A model generated the notes under the pieces. That model was not told where the DNA came from. It worked only from the letters and a program-made list of their open reading frames with translations, and did not search any database. A stretch of DNA of 61,936 nucleotides from Ignavibacteriota bacterium (GTDB lineage: Bacteria > Bacteroidota > Ignavibacteria > UBA10030 > UBA6906), in NCBI GenBank assembly GCA_003162635.1, contig PMNE01000030.1, positions 23,920-85,855 of the forward strand. The letters run 5' to 3'. The position numbers and the translations under genes were made by a program. How positions within the stretch are numbered: the stretch's first letter is position 1; each line of letters starts with the position of its first letter. Shown in pieces: positions 55,408-61,936 of this stretch.

Positions 55408-57569
55408 AAGAGACTTTCCTCCGTTCCTTCCTGTTCGGTCTGCGTCTCCCGGCGCAATTGTTCAAGCTCCAGCGGATGCTCCTCTTCCATCTCCCCTTCC
55501 GTCAGTGTTCCCTTCCAGAAAGCAAGATTGATCGGGTATGTGTCTGGATTGAAGATGACAAAGTACATGTGCCAGACCAGAATGGCAAGTGTTGCCAGCC
55601 AGGCCTCGTAGTAATGGATGGTCCGGGCGATATCCCAACCGAGTTTCGTCAGCAGACCAAGGAATGTGTTATCGAACCACATGATCACTCCCGTCGCTGC
55701 CATCACCACGACACCCCAGACAAGGGCCCAATATTCGCTCTTTTCAATGTAGCTAAACCGGCCGAATTGAGGTTTCTCTTTCGCGAAGCCGAGGTTGTAC
55801 TTCAAGACCCCAAACGCATCAGCAATATCCTGCGGCACCGGTGCCAGGTCGCGGAGAAGCTGCCTGCCTCGGCGTGTACAGAAGACATAGAAGAGGTGAT
55901 ATAGACCTGCCAGCACCAGCACCACGCCGGCGCATCGGTGAATGATACCGCGGGCGGCAAAAGCAAACGGGATGACGTTCCGGATCGGCACGACCCACCA
56001 GGCATCGGGGAATTTCAGCGCGAACCCGGTGAGCGCCAGCAGAAAGAAGCTGACGAGAAGAAGGCCATGTTGGATCCTCTCCCCGAGTGACATGCGCAAG
56101 TACAATCGGTGACCCGGCCTGTGCGGCGGCAAACCACCGCGACGCATCAGCAACCGGCGCTTCGACTTCCAGACGAAATCGAGCGCGTTGTGGACCGCCA
56201 TCCCCCCGATCACGACCGCAATCATGATGAAGTACGTCGAGGAGACGAGGTAAAGAACCCGGTCGTTCCCCGAACTTGCCAGGACGTGGACATTCCCTTT
56301 CGTAAAATTCTCGTTGGCGCCGGGGTGGCATGTCCCGCACGTCTTCGCAAGGTTCTTTTTGTTCACGCGTGAGGTTGAATCACTCGACGCCTTGATGTCA
56401 TGAACGCCGTGGCAGCTCGCGCAATTGGCGACTTCGACATTTCCCGCCCGTCCCGCGAGACCGTGGTAGCTGTCGGCAAAACTCTGGAAGCGATCGCTCG
56501 CAAGCCCGTACTTTTCGGTCAGCTTTACCGACGCGTGGCAGGGAGAACAGACCTGGGCCGAGACGTTCTTCGCCGCAACAGGCGAGGCGGCATCCTTGGG
56601 GGAGAGGATGTTGTGCTCGCCGTGACAGTCCGTGCAGGTGGCCGACGCCGTGACGCCCCGCGCAAACGACGTCCCGTGGATACTCTCTTCATACTGCTGC
56701 AGTATCTCTCCATGGCAGGCGCCGCATGTCCCGGCGATGTGTGCACGGGAAACCCGGGAATCGGGACGTGATCCTTTCTTCAGGTCGTGGCTCCCGTGGC
56801 AGTCAATGCAGGTCGCAGCCGCGTCATTGCCGTTCTTCACGGCCCGTCCATGGACGCTCCCTTCATAGCTCGACACGAAGGCGACCGACGGTCCCACCCG
56901 CGCACGAACATCAGGGTTATCGACATGACACCGGAGGCATTCCACCTGAATGTTCTTCCTGTTGGTACGTGACGAATCGTCGCCGGAGGGAAGAACGTCA
57001 TGCGCGCCGTGACAATCGATGCACGTCGGCGCCGCATTCACCCCGGCTGCCGCCGCAAGACCGTGGTCGGAGGCGGAATATTCCGCAGCCGCTGCGCCAT
57101 GACAGCGAATGCACGACTCACGCACAAGCGTGTTCTTTGCCTCTGCCCCCCCGCCGGAAATCCTCTCGATCGCATGCTTCGTGTGGCAATCGGCGCACGT
57201 CAATGCCCCTTGCGCTCCGTGCATCACGCCATGGACGCTCTTTCCGAATTTTTCTGTCTGCTTGTCGCTGTGGCAGGTGAGGCACTGCACGGGATGGATC
57301 TTCTTCGCGTGGGGAAGCTCAGCGGGGCTGAAACCGAGGTGACATGCGACGCAGGCAACTTCGCCATGGGCCGACTTCTTGAAGGAGAGGGGATCAACAT
57401 GCAGGGACACCGTTTTTCCCCTGCGCACCATGGTGGCTCCCTGCTCCCCGTGACATGCAAGACATTCGTCGTTCCCCTGCGCCCGGAGGCAGCACGGCAG
57501 CGCCGCCATGAGCACGGCCGCACATCCAAGCATCAACCCGATTCTCTGTCCTCGTGACCGAGTCATCAT
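55404..57569 (-). CDS. CbcL-like fusion: 13-haem periplasmic c-type cytochrome domain + FdnI/HydC-type dihaem cytochrome b membrane domain
   Basis: 13 CxxCH motifs. The C-terminal approximately 270 aa carry TM segments and conserved His (ERIQHGLLLVSFF, IIHRCAGVVL, ARTIHYYEAW, LVWHMYFV). Start re-called at MMTRSRGQRIGLMLGCAAVLMAALP (signal peptide). The alternative ATG at 57647 would bury the signal peptide. Confidence 0.82.
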   Translation of the reverse strand: MMTRSRGQRIGLMLGCAAVLMAALPCCLRAQGNDECLACHGEQGATMVRRGKTVSLHVDPLSFKKSAHGEVACVACHLGFSPAELPHAKKIHPVQCLTCHSDKQTEKFGKSVHGVMHGAQGALTCADCHTKHAIERISGGGAEAKNTLVRESCIRCHGAAAAEYSASDHGLAAAAGVNAAPTCIDCHGAHDVLPSGDDSSRTNRKNIQVECLRCHVDNPDVRARVGPSVAFVSSYEGSVHGRAVKNGNDAAATCIDCHGSHDLKKGSRPDSRVSRAHIAGTCGACHGEILQQYEESIHGTSFARGVTASATCTDCHGEHNILSPKDAASPVAAKNVSAQVCSPCHASVKLTEKYGLASDRFQSFADSYHGLAGRAGNVEVANCASCHGVHDIKASSDSTSRVNKKNLAKTCGTCHPGANENFTKGNVHVLASSGNDRVLYLVSSTYFIMIAVVIGGMAVHNALDFVWKSKRRLLMRRGGLPPHRPGHRLYLRMSLGERIQHGLLLVSFFLLALTGFALKFPDAWWVVPIRNVIPFAFAARGIIHRCAGVVLVLAGLYHLFYVFCTRRGRQLLRDLAPVPQDIADAFGVLKYNLGFAKEKPQFGRFSYIEKSEYWALVWGVVVMAATGVIMWFDNTFLGLLTKLGWDIARTIHYYEAWLATLAILVWHMYFVIFNPDTYPINLAFWKGTLTEGEMEEEHPLELEQLRRETQTEQEGTEESLL

Positions 57570-57815
57570 TGCGAGTATCAAAGGAACTTGGTCCGAACCA
57601 TGAGCCAGATCATCCCAAAGCGCGCCTAAAAACGGGTCAATGAGCATGCCAAGAACAGGGTATTGAATTTGTAGAGAATTGCCACATTTGCGATTGAGAG
57701 TGGGGTTTTATTCTCAAAACTGCAAGAGCAGGGTGTGCCTCTTTTCAGGCATGGGAATGGAAAGAGAAAAAATGGGTAAGAAAGGGGAAAAGCGGAATAG
57801 TATTCAGCGATGAGA

Positions 57816-58250
57816 TTAAACGGCGAGGAGTCTCTCTATCCGTCCTGAAACAGCGGAAATTTCGACCGGTTTGTAGAAGACCGAATCGACATGATCCCTG
57901 ATCGCGCGGTCCAGCGCCGCTTCCCGGGTATTGTACACGTAGAGCATGATCACAGGAAGGCATCCGCGGACGGACTTCAGCGAGTCGAGTGTGCTGATCA
58001 ATCGCTCAGAGGGAACGGCATCGACGATCAACAGATCGGCTGTGTGTTCGACGGCAAGAGACACCACCGTTGCCAGATTCGTCGTCGTGACAACGTGGAA
58101 TCTGTCCTGAAAGAGCATGAACAGACTAAAGCAGAGGTTGAGGTCCGGACTGAAGATGAGGATAGTTTTCTTATCTCCAGCCTGCTTGTCAACCCGGGCG
58201 CCACCGTTCACGCCGTGAGAATTTCCCTTCTCGTATGTCACGCCATCCAT
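57816..58250 (-). CDS. Stand-alone receiver (REC)-like domain protein
   Basis: KKTILIFSPD...ADLLIVDAVP...PVIMLYV...FYKPVEI matches the CheY-like fold pattern. The first ATG is 58250, after GGAGTGGAAG. Confidence 0.6.
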   Translation of the reverse strand: MDGVTYEKGNSHGVNGGARVDKQAGDKKTILIFSPDLNLCFSLFMLFQDRFHVVTTTNLATVVSLAVEHTADLLIVDAVPSERLISTLDSLKSVRGCLPVIMLYVYNTREAALDRAIRDHVDSVFYKPVEISAVSGRIERLLAV

Positions 58251-58372
58251 AGCTTCCACTCCGGGGGCAAATCGTTCCCGAGAGCCCTGAACCCGGGCTG
58301 TTCGATACAAAAAGGCCAGTCGGCAGAACTTGATAGCTATCCGCCTCGGGAACGGTTCCCGGAGTTTGTTTT

Positions 58373-58388
58373 TTCAAGATATGTGCCA
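58373..58388 (-). promoter_or_regulatory. Sigma54-type promoter candidate upstream of the REC gene (and possibly the multihaem operon)
   Basis: Minus strand TGGCAC-ATATC-TTGAA, the same non-canonical -12 element as at 45662-45677. Confidence 0.4.
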
Positions 58389-58504
58389 ACGAGAACCGCC
58401 GGCGCAGCGCGTGGGGGGGGGCCTAATTGGCAGAGAAATGAAGCGGAAGGTGAGTTTCTCTACAGAGGGTCTTCCAAATTGTGGGAATCACCGAGGTGGA
58501 ATTC

Positions 58505-59869
58505 TCATGCCTGCAAAGGGATATCGAGCTCTTCGATCTTCCGATAGAGGGAGGAGAGACTGATTTTCAGCGCACGAGCGGTTGCTTCCTTGTTGAACTG
58601 GTTCGTCCGCAGTACGTGGCTGATGTACTGCCGTTCAAACTCATCGACGGCTTCCTTCATGGACCTTCGCCCGTCAAACGAGTACAGGGAATCCTGTTTC
58701 TGTTCGATGAACCCGGGGAGCTCGTTCTTGGTGATCAACATTCCTTCGGCAAAGATGACGGCCCGTTCGATGACGTTCTCCAGCTCGCGGATCTCCCCTT
58801 TCCACGAATGGGTCGTAAGCGATTTCATCACCTCGTTATCAACCCCGCGCACATTCTTGTTCATCTCCAGCGCGTATTTGCTCACAAAGTGCTCGACCAG
58901 AAGGGGGATGTCGTCGGGACGTTCCGCCAAAGTCGGGAGTTTGAGTTCGACGATGTTCAACCGGTAGAAGAGATCCTCCCGGTAACGCCCCGCCTCCACC
59001 TCTTTGGAGAGGTTCTTATTGGTGGAGGCAATAATGCGGACGTCGATCGTGTGCGGCACCGCGGATCCGACAGGCGTCACCTCCTTTTGTTCGATCGCGC
59101 GAAGAAGTTTCACCTGGAGGTGGAGGGGTATCTCGCTCACCTCGTCGAGGAATATTGATCCCCCTTCCGCCGCCTTAAAGAATCCTTCCTGATCGGCGTT
59201 GGCACCGGTAAATGATCCACGCTTGTGGCCAAACAGCTCGCTCTCAAAGAGGTTCTCCACGATCGCACCGCAATTCACCGCGATGAACGGCTTGCCGTTC
59301 CTCCTGCTGTTATAGTGGATGGCGCGAGCGACGAGTTCCTTTCCTGTTCCGCTCTTCCCGTAGATGAGGACGGTCCCGTCCGTCGCAGCCACCTTCTTGA
59401 TCGTGTCGAACACCCGGTGCATCGCCACGCTCTGCCCGACCATCTTGGTAAAGTCGTACTGCCAGTTCAGCTCGCTCCGCAGGAGCTTATTCTCGATGGT
59501 GAGGCGGCGGCTGGCGAGAAGCCGTCGCACCTTGACCAGCAGCTCGTCGAACTCCACCGGCTTCAGGATGTAATCCATCGCTCCCTTCCGCAGCGCGGCG
59601 ATTGCTGTATCGATGGAGCCGTACGCGGTGATGATCATGACGAGCGTTTCCGGGTGCGTGTGCGCGACATGCTCGAGCAGTTCAATCCCCTTCATCTCCG
59701 GCATTTCAAGATCTGTGAGGACCAGGTCAAAGTCGCCGGTTTTCAGTATCTCAATGGCCGCCTTGCCATTGGGGGCTTCCTTCACGTCATAGCCCTCCTT
59801 GGTAAGGACGAACGAAAGCGACTCCCGGATGATGTCTTCATCGTCGACGATCAGAATCGATTCAGCCAT
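58505..59869 (-). CDS. Sigma54-dependent response regulator (NtrC family: REC + AAA+ + Fis-type HTH)
   Basis: ILIVDDE receiver, Walker A GKSGTGKE, GSFTGA sigma54-contact loop, C-terminal HTH NKEATARALKISLSSLYRKI. Confidence 0.9.
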   Translation of the reverse strand: MAESILIVDDEDIIRESLSFVLTKEGYDVKEAPNGKAAIEILKTGDFDLVLTDLEMPEMKGIELLEHVAHTHPETLVMIITAYGSIDTAIAALRKGAMDYILKPVEFDELLVKVRRLLASRRLTIENKLLRSELNWQYDFTKMVGQSVAMHRVFDTIKKVAATDGTVLIYGKSGTGKELVARAIHYNSRRNGKPFIAVNCGAIVENLFESELFGHKRGSFTGANADQEGFFKAAEGGSIFLDEVSEIPLHLQVKLLRAIEQKEVTPVGSAVPHTIDVRIIASTNKNLSKEVEAGRYREDLFYRLNIVELKLPTLAERPDDIPLLVEHFVSKYALEMNKNVRGVDNEVMKSLTTHSWKGEIRELENVIERAVIFAEGMLITKNELPGFIEQKQDSLYSFDGRRSMKEAVDEFERQYISHVLRTNQFNKEATARALKISLSSLYRKIEELDIPLQA

Positions 59870-61286
59870 TCTCGAATTCCCTTCCGTTCAATGGAAGAAT
59901 CATGCAAAAGGAAGTGCCCATGCCTCGCGTACTCGTTACCGTCAGGTCGCCGTGAAAGCTTCTCACGATGCCGTAACTCACCCAGAGACCCAGTCCCGTC
60001 CCCTCCCCGACTCTTTTGGTCGTAAAGAAGGGCTCAAAGATTTTCGGCAGGTCTTCGGGGAGAATCCCTCCGCCATCATCCGTAATTACCACGCGCGCGT
60101 TTTCCTCATCGCATCCCACCTCCGAAACTATCGTGCCCCGCTTCCCCTCCAGGGCGTCGACCGCATTCAAAAGGATATTGATGAACACCTGTGAAATCTG
60201 ATCCTGCACGAGTGCCATCAGGGGAATCTGCCGCCGGACGTTGGTAACGAAGGTGACGCTCTTGGCCTTTTTTCCCATCTTGACGATTTCCACCGCTTCC
60301 GACAGGGTTCGGACAAGATCGGTGGGCTGCACCTGGTAGTTCGACGGCCGTGAAAAATCGACAAGGTCGCGGATAATCTTCGTGATCCGGTGGACCTGCG
60401 ACTGGACAAGGCCCAGCTTCTCCTTCGCAAAATCGTCGGACAGGGTGCGGAGAAGGACCTGGACGATCGACGAGATGGAGGCAAGGGGGTTCCCGACCTC
60501 ATGCGCGATCCCCGCCGCCAGCGTGCCGATGCTCTCCATCTTCTGCGAATGCATCAGCTGCTGTTCCAGGTGTCTCTGCTCGGTGATATCCTGGTGCGTT
60601 CCGAGGAAGCCGACGACGCTCCCGGAGGAATCAATGATCGGGGAGATCAACAGATAGGTAAACAGCGGCGCGCCGTCTTTCCGCCTGTTCTCGACTTCTC
60701 CGGTCCAGACCTTCCCCTCGTTGATCGTCTGCCACATCTTCACCCAGAATTCCGGCGGGTATTTTTCGCTGGAGATCTTGTTGGGATTTGCGCCAATCAG
60801 CTCCTCGTTCGTGTAACCCGTCGTCTTCTCAAATGCCGGATTCACGTACACCATCCGGCCCTGCGCGTCGGTGATCTGGATGGGGTTGACGGTGTAATGG
60901 ACGACGTTCGAAAAACGGAGGAGGTCAAGATCCTTCTTCTTCGACTCCGAAACGTCCCGTGCAATAAGATACAGAAAATCCCTGTCAACACCCCTGATCC
61001 TGCGGATTGAGAGAAGGGCATCGATGACCTTCCCGTCGGCCGCCTTGAAGCGAACCTCCGCCTCGGGAGCCACATCGTTCGCGGGAAGAACAGGAAGGAG
61101 CGGCCGGGGGGAATCGTCCGTCAGGAGCGAGTGGAACGGGATGGGCGCAACGGGGCTTTCCGGAAGCCCCAGAACTTCACGGGCCCTTCTATTACAAAGG
61201 AGCACGTCACGTTCTTCCGATACGACAAAGCACATATCGGGAATGATGTCAATGAAGATGTTCGCTATGTTCTGCTCGAACGGCAT
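59862..61286 (-). CDS. Cytoplasmic PAS-domain sensor histidine kinase
   Basis: No TM segments. Two PAS-like regions. H-box AGIAHEVGNPL, N-box NILLNAVDA, G-boxes TDDGGGI and GTGLGLWVS. 8-nt overlap with the regulator gene. Confidence 0.9.
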   Translation of the reverse strand: MPFEQNIANIFIDIIPDMCFVVSEERDVLLCNRRAREVLGLPESPVAPIPFHSLLTDDSPRPLLPVLPANDVAPEAEVRFKAADGKVIDALLSIRRIRGVDRDFLYLIARDVSESKKKDLDLLRFSNVVHYTVNPIQITDAQGRMVYVNPAFEKTTGYTNEELIGANPNKISSEKYPPEFWVKMWQTINEGKVWTGEVENRRKDGAPLFTYLLISPIIDSSGSVVGFLGTHQDITEQRHLEQQLMHSQKMESIGTLAAGIAHEVGNPLASISSIVQVLLRTLSDDFAKEKLGLVQSQVHRITKIIRDLVDFSRPSNYQVQPTDLVRTLSEAVEIVKMGKKAKSVTFVTNVRRQIPLMALVQDQISQVFINILLNAVDALEGKRGTIVSEVGCDEENARVVITDDGGGILPEDLPKIFEPFFTTKRVGEGTGLGLWVSYGIVRSFHGDLTVTSTRGMGTSFCMILPLNGREFENG

Positions 61287-61361
61287 CGTTTTTTTACGTC
61301 TGGCAACATACCGATTTATCGACGGAGTTTCAAGGAGAACTCTGATTCGCTATATTGAAGC

Positions 61362-61936
61362 ATGGATTCCTTCCGATCACTATTTGCGGACGCGTTGGGG
61401 AAAGCGCCTGTTGCGCCGCCTCCCGACTCCGCGGGCTTTTGCCGCTCCATTTCATCCCGGCTGTGCACGTTGTGTCATGCATCCGTGACCGCCTACGATC
61501 TGGAGGTCCCGGCACGCAACCGCGCATTGCAGGAGTTCTGGCGTCTCCTCCAGCCTGGTCCGCCTCTTCAGCCACTGATCCGCTCACCGCAGGGCCGCCA
61601 CTATCGGACGACAACGAAGAGGAAACTCCAGATGCTCCGGGGTACTCCCGTTCTCTCCCTCATCGACTCCCGCGAGGGAGGCGGATCCCGGGCCATGGAT
61701 GTCGTTCGGTGCGCGATCGAACCGGAATCGCATGCGCGCGTCTATACGCACGTCGCGGGGTTTATCGCGAAGCCCCCCGCGTTTCTCCTGACGGACGCGC
61801 TCCGCTATGTCGTCATCAGGGGCAACGAGCGCGAGCTGACCATCATACTGACCGTGCAGGAGATCACCAGCCAGATCGTCCACATCACGAACACGCTGTC
61901 GAAGGGTCTGACCCGGGCATGCCCCGAGGTCAGGGG
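61362..61936 (+). CDS. Hypothetical protein, 3'-truncated by the window edge; possibly N-terminal part of a TrmA/RumA-type RNA methyltransferase
   Basis: Open frame from the ATG at 61362 to the window end. Not in the ORF track because it has no stop. Cys cluster CRSISSRLCTLCH and SPQGRHYRTTTK resemble the Fe-S/SPxxxxYR region of that family (weak). Confidence 0.35.
   Translation, partial: MDSFRSLFADALGKAPVAPPPDSAGFCRSISSRLCTLCHASVTAYDLEVPARNRALQEFWRLLQPGPPLQPLIRSPQGRHYRTTTKRKLQMLRGTPVLSLIDSREGGGSRAMDVVRCAIEPESHARVYTHVAGFIAKPPAFLLTDALRYVVIRGNERELTIILTVQEITSQIVHITNTLSKGLTRACPEVR

Noticed and set aside
57669-57684. Third sigma54-like element (minus strand TGGCAA-TTCTC-TACAA) directly upstream of the cytochrome operon
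   Set aside because: There are mismatches in both the -24 and -12 boxes, including loss of the TTG. It is too weak to call and is kept only as a possibility if start-site mapping points here.
57720-57742. GGCAC ... TTGCA on the minus strand
   Set aside because: The spacing between the GG and GC dinucleotides is 4 nt too long for sigma54, which tolerates no spacing change.
61330-61883. Minus-strand ORFs 61330-61614 and 61584-61883
   Set aside because: They are opposite the open-ended plus-strand frame (61362 to the window end), which has better start context. Their products are Arg/Gly/Pro-rich.
1-61936. CRISPR arrays, transposases/IS ends, integrases, prophage, toxin-antitoxin or defence-system genes, rRNA/tRNA
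   Set aside because: I scanned intergenic gaps longer than 70 bp and all ORFs. I found no regularly spaced direct repeats, no terminal inverted repeats flanking a gene, and no hallmark motifs of these classes.

Overview
GC-rich bacterial chromosomal segment. I recognised no rRNA, tRNA, CRISPR array, transposase, integrase or phage genes. One cargo protein carries a Por/T9SS C-terminal sorting domain, which suggests an FCB-group (Ignavibacteria/Bacteroidota-like) host. This is inference, and the promoters I can see look sigma70-like or sigma54-like.

Content from left to right:
- the 3' part of an [FeFe]-hydrogenase gene;
- sulfur amino-acid genes: cysK behind a structured, terminator-containing leader of unknown class, and a cystathionine gamma-synthase/lyase-family gene behind a textbook SAM-I riboswitch;
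- a LacI-linked Leloir galactose operon (SSS transporter, galK, galT);
- CDF and MFS transporters, a T9SS cargo protein and two 2-hydroxyacid dehydrogenases;
- a beta-glucoside cluster with three GH3 enzymes, an MFS sugar porter and a ROK kinase;
- hemN;
- an unusual operon joining LeuCD-like and LeuB-like enzymes to an HMG-CoA-lyase-family protein and a family III CoA-transferase;
- a four-subunit 2-oxoacid:ferredoxin oxidoreductase;
- ccmF coupled to a ferredoxin.

The most striking part is a ~12 kb co-directional minus-strand operon at 45.9-57.6 kb. It encodes a CbcL-like multihaem c/dihaem b fusion, an ImcH-like cytochrome, a Rieske/cytochrome b complex with an 11-haem partner, a tetrahaem cytochrome, a porin-like beta-barrel, a 14-haem cytochrome and a 9-haem lipoprotein cytochrome. 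That is 58 haem-binding motifs in all. It is flanked by a sigma54-type two-component system.

Every supported gene from 17.5 to 61.3 kb is on the minus strand. Many ORF-track starts are over-extended (upstream TTG/GTG codons). I re-called starts from RBS, signal-peptide and family N-terminus logic. All functional calls come from motif recognition by eye, not from database searches.
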